A stretch of DNA of 64,000 nt, taken from NCBI GenBank assembly GCA_964016885.1, contig OZ024740.1, positions 46,562,001-46,626,000 on the forward strand. Reading direction: 5' to 3'. Numbering within the stretch: position 1 is the stretch's first letter; each line of letters starts with the position of its first letter. The position numbers and the translations under genes were made by a program. The notes beneath the pieces were generated by a model. The model was not told the DNA's origin and searched no databases. It worked only from the letters and a program-made list of their open reading frames with translations. Below are positions 1-15,000 of this stretch, piece after piece. This DNA is from Eledone cirrhosa (Eukaryota).

Positions 1-3000
1 CAGAATTACAATGTAACCTCTACTATAGCCACAACCCAGTCTAACAGAATTACAATGTAACCTCTACTATAGCCACAACCCAGCCTAACAGAATTACAAT
101 GTAACCTCTACTATAGCCACAACCCTGCCGAACAGAATTACAATGTAACCCCTACTATAGCCACAACCCAGCCTAACAGAATTACAATGTAACCTCTACT
201 ATAGCCACAACCCAACCTAACAGCAGAATTACAATGTAACCTCTACTATAGCCACAACCCAGCCTAACAGAATTACAATGTAACCTCTACTATAGCCACA
301 ACCCAGTCTAACAGAATTACAATGTAACCTCTACTATAGCCACAACCCAGCCTAACAGAATTACAATGTAACCTCTACTATAGCCACAACCCAGCCTAAC
401 AGAATTACAATGTAACCCCTACTATAGCCACAACCCAGTCTAACAGAATTACAATGTAACCTCTACTATAGCCACAACCCAGTCTAACAGAATTACAATG
501 TAACCTCTACTATAGCCACAACCCAACCTAACAGCAGAATTACAATGTAACCTCTACTATAGCCACAACCCAGCCTAACAGAATTACAATGTAACCTCTA
601 CTATAGCCACAACCCAGTCTAACAGAATTACAATGTAACCTCTACTATAGCCACAACCCAGTCTAACAGAATTACAATGTAACCTCTACTATAGCCACAA
701 CCCAGTCTAAAGGAATTACAATGTAACCTCTACTATAGCCACAACCCAGTCTAACAGAATTACAATGTAACCTCTACTATAGCCACAACCCAACCTAACA
801 GCAGAATTACAATGTAACCTCTACTATAGCCACAACCCAGCCTAACAGAATTACAATGTAACCTCTACTATAGCCACAACCCAGTCTAACAGAATTACAA
901 TGTAACCTCTACTATAGCCACAACCCAGTCTAACAGAATTACAATGTAACCTCTACTATAGCCACAACCCAGTCTAAAGGAATTACAATGTAACCTCTAC
1001 TATAGCCACAACCCAGTCTAACAGAATTACAATGTAACCTCTACTATAGCCACAACCCAGTCTAACAGAATTACAATGTAACCTCTACTATAGCCACAAC
1101 CCAGCCTAACAGAATTACAATGTAACCTCTACTATAGCCACAACCCAGTCTAACAGAATTACAATGTAACCTCTACTATAGCCACAACCCAGTCTAACAG
1201 AATTACAATGTAACCTCTACTATAGCCACAACCCAGTCTAACAGAATTACAATGTAACCTCTACTATAGCCACAACCCAACCTAACAGCAGAATTACAAT
1301 GTAACCTCTACTATAGCCACAACCCAGTCTAACAGAATTACAATGTAACCTCTACTATAGCCACAACCCAGTCTAACAGAATTACAATGTAACCTCTACT
1401 ATAGCCACAACCCAGTCTAACAGAATTACAATGTAACCTCTACTATAGCCACAACCCAGTCTAACAGAATTACAATGTAACCTCTACTATAGCCACAACC
1501 CAGCCTAACAGAATTACAATGTAACCTCTACTATAGCCACAACCCAGTCTAACAGAATTACAATGTAACCTCTACTATAGCCACAACCCAGTCTAACAGA
1601 ATTACAATGTAACCTCTACTATAGCCACAACCCAGTCTAACAGAATTACAATGTAACCTCTACTATAGCCACAACCCAACCTAACAGCAGAATTACAATG
1701 TAACCTCTACTATAGCCACAACCTAGCCTAACAGAATTACAATGTAACCTCTACTATAGCCACAACCCAGTCTAACAGAATTACAATGTAACCTCTACTA
1801 TAGCCACAACCCAGTCTAACAGAATTACAATGTAACCTCTACTATAGCCACAACCCAGTCTAACAGAATTACAATGTAACCTCTACTATAGCCACAACCC
1901 AGTCTAACAGAATTACAATGTAACCTCTACTATAGCCACAACCCAGTCTAACAGAATTACAATGTAACCTCTACTATAGCCACAACCCAGCCTAACAGAA
2001 TTACAATGTAACCTCTACTATAGCCACAACCCAGTCTAACAGAATTACAATGTAACCTCTACTATAACCACAACCCAGTCTAACAGAATTACAATGTAAC
2101 CTCTACTATAGCCACAACCCAGTCTAACAGAATTACAATGTAACCTCTACTATAGCCACAACCCAGTCTAACAGAATTACAATGTAACCTCTACTATAGC
2201 CACAACCCAACCTAACAGCAGAATTACAATGTAACCTCTACTATAGCCACAACCCAGCCTAACAGAATTACAATGTAACCTCTACTATAGCCACAACCCA
2301 GTCTAACAGAATTAGAATGTAACCTCTACTATAGCCACAACCCAGTCTAACAGAATTACAATGTAACCTCTACTATAGCCACAACCTAGCCTAACAGAAT
2401 TACAATGTAACCTCTACTATAGCCACAACCCAGCCTAACAGAATTACAATGTAACCTCTACTATAGCCACAACCTAGCCTAACAGAATTACAATGTAACC
2501 TCTACTATAGCCACAACCTAGCCTAACAGAATTACAATGTAACCTCTACTATAGCCACAACCTAGCCTAACAGAATTACAATGTAACCTCTACTATAGCC
2601 ACAACCTAGCCTAACAGAATTACAATGTAACCTCTACTATAGCCACAACCTAGCCTAACAGAATTACAATGTAACCTCTACTATAGCCACAACCTAGCTT
2701 AACAGAATTACAATGTAACCTCTACTATAGCCACAACACAGCCTAACAGAATTACAATCTAACCTCTACTATAGCCACAACCCAGCCTAACAGAAGTACA
2801 ATGTAACCTCTACTATAGCCACAACCCTGCCGAACAGAATTACAATGTAACCCCTACTATAGCCACAACCCAGTCTAACAGAATTACAATGTAACCTCTA
2901 CTATAGCCACAACCCAGTCTAACAGAATTACAATGTAACCTCTACTATAGCCACAACCCAACCTAACAGCAGAATTACAATGTAACCTCTACTATAGCCA

Positions 3001-6000
3001 CAACCCAGCCTAACAGAATTACAATGTAACCTCTACTATAGCCACAACCCAGTCTAACAGAATTACAATGTAACCTCTACTATAGCCACAACCCAGTCTA
3101 ACAGAATTACAATGTAACCTCTACTATAGCCACAACCCAGTCTAACAGAATTACAATGTAACCTCTACTATAGCCACAACCCAGTCTAACAGAATTACAA
3201 TGTAACCTCTACTATAGCCACAACCCAGCCTAACAGAATTACAATGTAACCTCTACTATAGCCACAACCCAGTCTAACAGAATTACAATGTAACCTCTAC
3301 TATAGCCACAACCCAGTCTAACAGAATTACAATGTAACCTCTACTATAGCCACAACCCAGCCTAATAGAATTACAATGTAACCTCTACTATAGCCACAAC
3401 CCAGTCTAACAGAATTACAATGTAACCTCTACTATAGCCACAACCCAGTCTAACAGAATTACAATGTAACCTCTACTATAGCCACAACCCAGTCTAACAG
3501 AATTACAATGTAACCTCTACTATAGCCACAACCCAGTCTAACAGAATTACAATGTAACCTCTACTATAGCCACAACCTAGCCTATCAGAATTACAATGTA
3601 ACCTCTACTATAGCCACAACCTAGCCTAACAGAATTACAATGTAACCTCTACTATAGTCACAACCCAGCCTAACAGAATTACAATGTAACCTCTACTATA
3701 GTCACAACCCAGCCTAACAGAATTACAATGTAACCTCTACTATAGCCACAACCCAGTCTAACAGAATTACAATGTAACCTCTACTATAGCCACAACCTAG
3801 CCTAACAGAATTACAATGTAACCTCTACTATAGCCACAACCCAGCCTAACAGAATTACAATGTAACCTCTACTATAGCCACAACCTAGCCTAACAGAATT
3901 ACAATGTAACCTCTACTATAGCCACAACCTAGCCTAACAGAATTACGATGTAACCTCTACTATAGCCACAACCTAGCCTAACAGAATTACAATGTAACCT
4001 CTACTATAGCCACAACCTAGCCTAACAGAATTACAATGTAACCTCTACTATAGCCACAACCTAGCCTAACAGAATTACAATGTAACCTCTACTATAGCCA
4101 CAACCTAGCCTAACAGAATTACAATGTAACCTCTACTATAGTCACAACCTAGCCTAACAGAATTACAATGTAACCTCTACTATAGCCACAACCTAGCCTA
4201 ACAGAATTACAATGTAACCTCTACTATAGCCACAACACAGCCTAACAGAATTACAATGTAACCTCTACTATAGCCACAACCCAGCCTAACAGAATTACAA
4301 TGTAACCTCTACTATAGCCACAACCCAGCCTAACAGAATTACAATGTAACCTCTACTATAGCCACAACCCAGTCTAACAGAATTACAATGTAACCTCTAC
4401 TATAGCCACAACCCAGCCTAACAGAATTACAATGTAACCTCTACTATAGCCACAACCCAGCCTAACAGAATTACAATGTAACCCCTACTATAGCCACAAC
4501 CCAGTCTAACAGAATTACAATGTAACCTCTACTATAGCCACAACCCAGTCTAACAGAATTACAATGTAACCTGTACTATAGCCACAACCCAACCTAACAG
4601 CAGAATTACAATGTAACCTCTACTATAGCCACAACCCAGCCTAACAGAATTACAATGTAACCTCTACTATAGCCACAACCCAGTCTAACAGAATTACAAT
4701 GTAACCTCTACTATAGCCACAACCCAGTCTAACAGAATTACAATGTAACCTCTACTATAGCCACAACCCAGTCTAACAGAATTACAATGTAACCTCTACT
4801 ATAGCCACAACCCAGTCTAACAGAATTACAATGTAACCTCTACTATAGCCACAACCCAGTCTAACAGAATTACAATGTAACCTCTACTATAGCCACAACC
4901 TAGCCTAACAGAATTACAATGTAACCTCTACTATAGCCACAACCTAGCCTAACAGAATTACAATGTAACCTCTACTATAGCCACAACCCAGTCTAACAGA
5001 ATTACAATGTAACCTCTACTATAGCCACAACCCAGTCTAACAGAATTACAATGTAACCTCTACTATAGCCACAACCCAGTCTAACAGAATTACACTGTAA
5101 CCTCTACTATAGCCACAACCCAGTCTAACAGAATTACAATGTAACCTCTACTATAGCCACAACCCAGTCTAACAGAATTACAATGTAACCTCTACTATAG
5201 CCACAACCCAGTCTAACAGAATTACAATGTAACCTCTACTATAGCCACAACCTAGCCTAACAGAATTACAATGTAACCTCTACTATAGCCACAACCCAGC
5301 CTAACAGAATTACAATGTAACCTCTACTATAGCCACAACCTAGCCTAACAGAATTACAATGTAACCTCTACTATAGCCACAACCTAGCCTAACAGAATTA
5401 CAATGTAACCTCTACTATAGCCACAACCTAGCCTAACAGAATTACAATGTAACCTCTACTATAGCCACAACCTAGCCTAACAGAATTACAATGTAACCTC
5501 TACTATAGCCACAACCTAGCCTAACAGAATTACAATGTAACCTCTACTATAGCCACAACCTAGCCTAACAGAATTACAATGTAACCTCTACTATAGCCAC
5601 AACCTAGCCTAACAGAATTACAATGTAACCTCTACTATAGCCACAACCCAGTCTAACAGAATTACAATGTAACCTCTACTATAGCCACAACCCAGTCTAA
5701 CAGAATTACAATGTAACCTCTACTATAGCCACAACCCAGTCTAACAGAATTACAATGTAACCTCTACTATAGCCACAACCCAGTCTAACAGAATTACAAT
5801 GTAACCTCTACTATAGCCACAACCTAGCCTATCAGAATTACAATGTAACCTCTACTATAGCCACAACCTAGCCTAACAGAATTACAATGTAACCTCTACT
5901 ATAGTCACAACCCAGCCTAACAGAATTACAATGTAACCTCTACTATAGTCACAACCCAGCCTAACAGAATTACAATGTAACCTCTACTATAGCCACAACC

Positions 6001-9000
6001 CAGTCTAACAGAATTACAATGTAACCTCTACTATAGCCACAACCTAGCCTAACAGAATTACAATGTAACCTCTACTATAGCCACAACCCAGCCTAACAGA
6101 ATTACAATGTAACCTCTACTATAGCCACAACCTAGCCTAACAGAATTACAATGTAACCTCTACTATAGCCACAACCTAGCCTAACAGAATTACAATGTAA
6201 CCTCTACTATAGCCACAACCTAGCCTAACAGAATTACAATGTAACCTCTACTATAGCCACAACCTAGCCTAACAGAATTACAATGTAACCTCTACTATAG
6301 CCACAACCTAGCCTAACAGAATTACAATGTAACCTCTACTATAGCCACAACCTAGCCTAACAGAATTACAATGTAACCTCTACTATAGTCACAACCTAGC
6401 CTAACAGAATTACAATGTAACCTCTACTATAGCCACAACACAGCCTAACAGAATTACAATGTAACCTCTACTATAGCCACAACCCAGCCTAACAGAATTA
6501 CAATGTAACCTCTACTATAGCCACAACCCAGCCTAACAGAATTACAATGTAACCTCTACTATAGCCACAACCCAGTCTAACAGAATTACAATGTAACCTC
6601 TACTATAGCCACAACCCAGCCTAACAGAATTACAATGTAACCTCTACTATAGCCACAACCCAGCCTAACAGAATTACAATGTAACCTCTACTATAGCCAC
6701 AACCCAGTCTAACAGAATTACAATGTAACCTCTACTATAGCCACAACCCAGTCTAACAGAATTACACTGTAACCTCTACTATAGCCACAACCCAGTCTAA
6801 CAGAATTACAATGTAACCTCTACTATAGCCACAACCCAGTCTAACAGAATTACAATGTAACCTCTACTATAGCCACAACCCAGTCTAACAGAATTACAAT
6901 GTAACCTCTACTATAGCCACAACCTAGCCTAACAGAATTACAATGTAACCTCTACTATAGCCACAACCCAGCCTAACAGAATTACAATGTAACCTCTACT
7001 ATAGCCACAACCTAGCCTAACAGAATTACAATGTAACCTCTACTATAGCCACAACCTAGCCTAACAGAATTACAATGTAACCTCTACTATAGCCACAACC
7101 TAGCCTAACAGAATTACAATGTAACCTCTACTATAGCCACAACCTAGCCTAACAGAATTACAATGTAACCTCTACTATAGCCACAACCTAGCCTAACAGA
7201 ATTACAATGTAACCTCTACTATAGCCACAACCTAGCCTAACAGAATTACAATGTAACCTCTACTATAGCCACAACCTAGCCTAACAGAATTACAATGTAA
7301 CCTCTACTATAGCCACAACCTAGCCTAACAGAATTACAATGTAACCTCTACTATAGCCACAACACAGCCTAACAGAATTACAATCTAACCTCTACTATAG
7401 CCACAACCCAGCCTAACAGAATTACAATGTAACCTCTACTATAGCCACAACCCAGCCTAACAGAATTACAATGTAACCTCTACTATAGCCACAACCCAGT
7501 CTAACAGAATTACAATGTAACCTGTACTATAGCCACAACCCAACCTAACAGCAGAATTACAATGTAACCTCTACTATAGCCACAACCCAGCCTAACAGAA
7601 TTACAATGTAACCTCTACTATAGCCACAACCCAGTCTAACAGAATTACAATGTAACCTCTACTATAGCCACAACCCAGTCTAACAGAATTACAATGTAAC
7701 CTCTACTATAGCCACAACCCAGTCTAACAGAATTACAATGTAACCTCTACTATAGCCACAACCCAACCTAACAGCAGAATTACAATGTAACCTCTACTAT
7801 AGCCACAACCTAGCCTAACAGAATTACAATGTAACCTCTACTATAGCCACAACCCAGTCTAACAGAATTACAATGTAACCTCTACTATAGCCACAACCCA
7901 GTCTAACAGAATTACAATGTAACCTCTACTATAGCCACAACCCAGTCTAACAGACTTACAATGTAACCTCTACTATAGCCACAACCCAGTCTAACAGAAT
8001 TACAATGTAACCTCTACTATAGCCACAACCCAGTCTAACAGAATTACAATGTAACCTCTACTATAGCCACAACCCAGTCTAACAGAATTACAATGTAACC
8101 TCTACTATAGCCATAACCCAGTCTAACAGAATTACAATGTAACCTCTACTATAGCCACAACCCAGTCTAACAGAATTACAATGTAACCTCTACTATAGCC
8201 ACAACCCAGCCTAACAGAATTACAATGTAACCTCTACTATAGCCACAACCCAGCCTAACAGAATTACAATGTAACCCCTACTATAGCCACAACCCAGCCT
8301 AACAGAATTACAATGTAACCTCTACTATAGCCACAACCCAGTCTAACAGAATTACAATGTAACCTCTACTATAGCCACAACCCAGTCTAACAGAATTACA
8401 ATGTAACCTCTACTATAGCCACAACCCAGTCTAACAGAATTACAACGTAACCTCTACTATAGCCACAACCCAGTCTAACAGAATTACAATGTAACCTCTA
8501 CTATAGCCACAACCCAGCCTAACAGAATTACAATGTAACCTCTACTATAGCCACAACCCAGTCTAACAGAATTACAATGTAACCTCTACTATAGCCACAA
8601 CCCAGTCTAACAGAATTACAATGTAACCTCTACTATAGCCACAACCCAGTCTAACAGAATTACAATGTAACCTCTACTATAGCCACAACCCAACCTAACA
8701 GCAGAATTACAATGTAACCTCTACTATAGCCACAACCCAGTCTAACAGAATTACAATGTAACCTCTACTATAGCCACAACCCAGTCTAACAGAATTACAA
8801 TGTAACCTCTACTATAGCCACAACCCAACCTAACAGCAGAATTACAATGTAACCTCTACTATAGCCACAACCCAGCCTAACAGAATTACAATGTAACCTC
8901 TACTATAGCCACAACCCAGTCTAACAGAATTACAATGTAACCTCTACTATAGCCACAACCCAGTCTAACAGAATTACAACGTAACCTCTACTATAGCCAC

Positions 9001-12000
9001 AACCCAGTCTAACAGAATTACAATGTAACCTCTACTATAGCCACAACCCAGTCTAACAGAATTACAATGTAACCTCTACTATAGCCACAACCCAGTCTAA
9101 CAGAATTACAATGTAACCTCTACTATAGCCACAACCCAGCCTAACAGAATTACAATGTAACCTCTACTATAGCCACAACCCAGTCTAACAGAATTACAAT
9201 GTAACCTCTACTATAGCCACAACCCAGTCTAACAGAATTACAATGTAACCTCTACTATAGCCACAACCCAGTCTAACAGAATTACAATGTAACCTCTACT
9301 ATAGCCACAACCCAGTCTAACAGAATTACAATGTAACCTCTACTATAGCCACAACCCAACCTAACAGCAGAATTACAATGTAACCTCTACTATAGCCACA
9401 ACCCAGCCTAACAGAATTACAATGTAACCTCTACTATAGCCACAACCCAGTCTAACAGAATTACAATGTAACCTCTACTATAGCCACAACCCAGTCTAAC
9501 AGAATTACAATGTAACCTCTACTATAGCCACAACCCAGTCTAACAGAATTACAATGTAACCTCTACTATAGCCACAACCCAGTCTAACAGAATTACAATG
9601 TAACCTCTACTATAGCCACAACCCAGTCTAACAGAATTACAATGTAACCTCTACTATAGCCACAACCCAGTCTAACAGAATTACAATGTAACCTCTACTA
9701 TAGCCACAACCCAGCCTAACAGAATTACAATGTAACCTCTACTAGAGCCACAACCCAGTCTAACAGAATTACAATGTAACCTCTACTATAGCCACAACCC
9801 AGTCTAACAGAATTACAATGTAACCTCTACTATAGCCACAACCCAGTCTAACAGAATTACAATGTAACCTCTACTATAGCCACAACCCAGTCTAACAGAA
9901 TTACAATGTAACCTCTACTATAGCCACAACCCAGCCTAACAGAATTACAATGTAACCTCTACTATAGCCACAACCTAGCCTAACAGAATTACAATGTAAC
10001 CTCTACTATAGTCACAACCCAGTCTAACAGAATTACAATGTAACCTCTACTATAGTCACAACCCAGCCTAACAGAATTACAATGTAACCTCTACTATAGC
10101 CACAACCCAGTCTAACAGAATTACAATGTAACCTCTACTATAGCCACAACCCAGTCTAACAGAATTACAATGTAACCTCTACTATAGCCACAACCCAGCC
10201 TAACAGAATTACAATGTAACCTCTACTATAGCCACAACCTAGCCTAACAGAATTACAATGTAACCTCTACTATAGCCACAACCCAGTCTAACAGAATTAC
10301 AATGTAAACTTTACTATAGCCACAACCCAGCCTAACAGAATTACAATGTAACCTCTACTATAGTCACAACCCAGCCTAACAGGATTACAATGTAACCACT
10401 ACTATAGCCACAACCCAGTCTAACAGAATTACAATGTAACCTCTACTATAGCCACAACCCAGCCTAACAGAATTACAATGTAACCTCTACTATAGCCACA
10501 ACCCAGCCTAACAGAATTACAATGTAACCTCTACTATAGCCACAACCCAGTCTATCAGAATTACAATGTAACCTCTACTATAGCCACAACCCAGCCTAAC
10601 AGAATTACAATGTAACCTCTACTATAGCCACAACCTAGCCTAACAGAATTACAACGTAACCTCTACTATAGCCACAACCCAGTCTAACATAATTACAATG
10701 TAACCTCTACTATAGCCACAACCTAGCCTAACAGAATTACAATGTAACCTCTACTATAGCCACAACCCAGTCTAGCAGAATTACAATGTAACCTCTACTA
10801 TAGCCACAACCTAGTCTAACAGAATTACAATGTAACCTCTACTATAGTCACAACCCATGTGTAACAGAATTACAATGTAACCTTTACTATAGCCACAAAC
10901 CAGTCTATCAGAATTACAATGTAACCTCTACTATAGCCACAACCCAGCCTAACAGAATTACAATGTAACCTCTACTATAGCCACAACCTAGCCTAACAGA
11001 ATTACAATGTAACCTCTACTATAGCCACAACCCAGCCTAACAGAATTACAATGTAACCTCTACTATAGCCACAACCCAGTCTATCAGAATTACAATGTAA
11101 CCTCTACTATAGCCACAACCCAGTATAGCAGAATTACAATGTAACCTCTACTATAGCCACAACCCAGTCTAACAGAATTACAATGTAACCTCTACTATAG
11201 CCACAACCCAGCCTAACATAATTACAATGTAACCTCTACTATAGCCCCAACCCAGTCTAGCAGAATTACAATGTAACCTCTACTATAGCCACAACCTAGT
11301 CTAACAGAATTACAATGTAAACTCTACTATAGCCACAACCTAGCCTAACAGAATTACAATGTTTAACTCTACTATAGTCACAACCCAGTCTAACAGAATT
11401 ACAATGTAACCTCTACTATAGTCACAACCCAGCCTAACAGAATTACAATGTAACCTCTACTATAGCCACAACCTAGCCTAACAGAATTACAATGTATCCT
11501 CTACTATAGCCACAACCTAGCCTAACAGAATTACAATGTAACCTCTACTATAGCCACAACCTAGCCTAACAGAATTACAATGTAACCTCTACTATAGCCA
11601 CAACCTAGCCTAACAGAATTACAATGTAACCTCTACTATAGCCACAACCCAGTCTAACAGAATTACAATGTAACCTCTACTATAGCCACAACCCAGTCTA
11701 ACAGAATTACAATGTAACCTCTACTATAGCCACAACCCAGTCTAACAGAATTACAATGTAACCTCTACTATAGCCACAACCCAGTCTAACAGAATTACAA
11801 TGTAACCTCTACTATAGCCACAACCCAGTCTAACAGAATTACAATGTAACCTCTACTATAGCCACAACCCAGTCTAACAGAATTACAATGTAACCTCTAC
11901 TATAGCCACAACCCAGCCTAACAGAATTACAATGTAACCTCTACTAGAGCCACAACCCAGTCTAACAGAATTACAATGTAACCTCTACTATAGCCACAAC

Positions 12001-15000
12001 CCAGTCTAACAGAATTACAATGTAACCTCTACTATAGCCACAACCCAGTCTAACAGAATTACAATGTAACCTCTACTATAGCCACAACCCAGTCTAACAG
12101 AATTACAATGTAACCTCTACTATAGCCACAACCCAGCCTAACAGAATTACAATGTAACCTCTACTATAGCCACAACCTAGCCTAACAGAATTACAATGTA
12201 ACCTCTACTATAGTCACAACCCAGTCTAACAGAATTACAATGTAACCTCTACTATAGTCACAACCCAGCCTAACAGAATTACAATGTAACCTCTACTATA
12301 GCCACAACCCAGTCTAACAGAATTACAATGTAACCTCTACTATAGCCACAACCCAGTCTAACAGAATTACAATGTAACCTCTACTATAGCCACAACCCAG
12401 CCTAACAGAATTACAATGTAACCTCTACTATAGCCACAACCTAGCCTAACAGAATTACAATGTAACCTCTACTATAGCCACAACCCAGTCTAACAGAATT
12501 ACAATGTAAACTTTACTATAGCCACAACCCAGCCTAACAGAATTACAATGTAACCTCTACTATAGTCACAACCCAGCCTAACAGGATTACAATGTAACCA
12601 CTACTATAGCCACAACCCAGTCTAACAGAATTACAATGTAACCTCTACTATAGCCACAACCCAGCCTAACAGAATTACAATGTAACCTCTACTATAGCCA
12701 CAACCCAGCCTAACAGAATTACAATGTAACCTCTACTATAGCCACAACCCAGTCTATCAGAATTACAATGTAACCTCTACTATAGCCACAACCCAGCCTA
12801 ACAGAATTACAATGTAACCTCTACTATAGCCACAACCTAGCCTAACAGAATTACAACGTAACCTCTACTATAGCCACAACCCAGTCTAACATAATTACAA
12901 TGTAACCTCTACTATAGCCACAACCTAGCCTAACAGAATTACAATGTAACCTCTACTATAGCCACAACCCAGTCTAGCAGAATTACAATGTAACCTCTAC
13001 TATAGCCACAACCTAGTCTAACAGAATTACAATGTAACCTCTACTATAGTCACAACCCATGTGTAACAGAATTACAATGTAACCTTTACTATAGCCACAA
13101 ACCAGTCTATCAGAATTACAATGTAACCTCTACTATAGCCACAACCCAGCCTAACAGAATTACAATGTAACCTCTACTATAGCCACAACCTAGCCTAACA
13201 GAATTACAATGTAACCTCTACTATAGCCACAACCCAGCCTAACAGAATTACAATGTAACCTCTACTATAGCCACAACCCAGTCTATCAGAATTACAATGT
13301 AACCTCTACTATAGCCACAACCCAGTATAGCAGAATTACAATGTAACCTCTACTATAGCCACAACCCAGTCTAACAGAATTACAATGTAACCTCTACTAT
13401 AGCCACAACCCAGCCTAACATAATTACAATGTAACCTCTACTATAGCCCCAACCCAGTCTAGCAGAATTACAATGTAACCTCTACTATAGCCACAACCTA
13501 GTCTAACAGAATTACAATGTAAACTCTACTATAGCCACAACCTAGCCTAACAGAATTACAATGTTTAACTCTACTATAGTCACAACCCAGTCTAACAGAA
13601 TTACAATGTAACCTCTACTATAGTCACAACCCAGCCTAACAGAATTACAATGTAACCTCTACTATAGCCACAACCTAGCCTAACAGAATTACAATGTATC
13701 CTCTACTATAGCCACAACCTAGCCTAACAGAATTACAATGTAACCTCTACTATAGCCACAACCTAGCCTAACAGAATTACAATGTAACCTCTACTATAGC
13801 CACAACCTAGCCTAACAGAATTACAATGTAACCTCTACTATAGCCACAACCTAGCCTAACAGAATTACAATGTAACCTCTACTATAGTCACAACCCAGTC
13901 TAACAGAATTACAATGTAACCTCTACTATAGTCACAACCCAGCCTAACAGAATTACAATGTAACCTCTACTATAGCCACAACCCAGTCTAACAGAATTAC
14001 AATGTAACCTCTACTATAGCCACAACCCAGTCTAACAGAATTACAATGTAACCTCTACTATAGCCACAACCCAGTCTAACAGAATTACAATGTAACCTCT
14101 ACTATAGCCACAACCCAGTCTAACAGAATTACAATGTAACCTCTACTATAGCCACAACCCAGCCTAACAGAATTACAATGTAACCTCTACTATAGCCACA
14201 ACCCAGTCTAACAGAATTACAATGTAACCTCTACTATAGCCACAACCCAGTCTAACAGAATTACAATGTAACCTCTACTATAGCCACAACCCAGCCTAAC
14301 AGAATTACAATGTAACCTCTACTATAGCCACAACCCAGTCTAACAGAATTACAATGTAACCTCTACTATAGCCACAACCCAGTCTAACAGAATTACAATG
14401 TAACCTCTACTATAGCCACAACCCAGCCTAACAGAATTACAATGTCACCTCTACTATAGTCACAACCCAGCCTAACAGGATTACAATGTAACCACTACTA
14501 TAGCCACAACCCAGTCTAACAGAATTACAATGTAACCTCTAATATAGCCACAACCCAGCCTAACAGAATTACAATGTAACCTCTACTATAGCCACAACCC
14601 AGCCTAACAGAATTACAATGTAACCTCTACTATAGCCACAACCCAGTCTATCAGAATTACAATGTAACCTCTACTATAGCCACAACCCAGCCTAACAGAA
14701 TTACAATGTAACCTCTACTATAGCCACAACCTAGCCTAACAGAATTACAACGTAACCTCTACTATAGCCACAACCCAGTCTAACATAATTACAATGTAAC
14801 CTCTACTATAGCCACAACCTAGCCTAACAGAATTACAATGTAACCTCTACTATAGCCACAACCCAGTCTAGCAGAATTACAATGTAACCTCTACTATAGC
14901 CACAACCTAGTCTAACAGAATTACAATGTAACCTCTACTATAGTCACAACCCATGTGTAACAGAATTACAATGTAACCTTTACTATAGCCACAAACCAGT

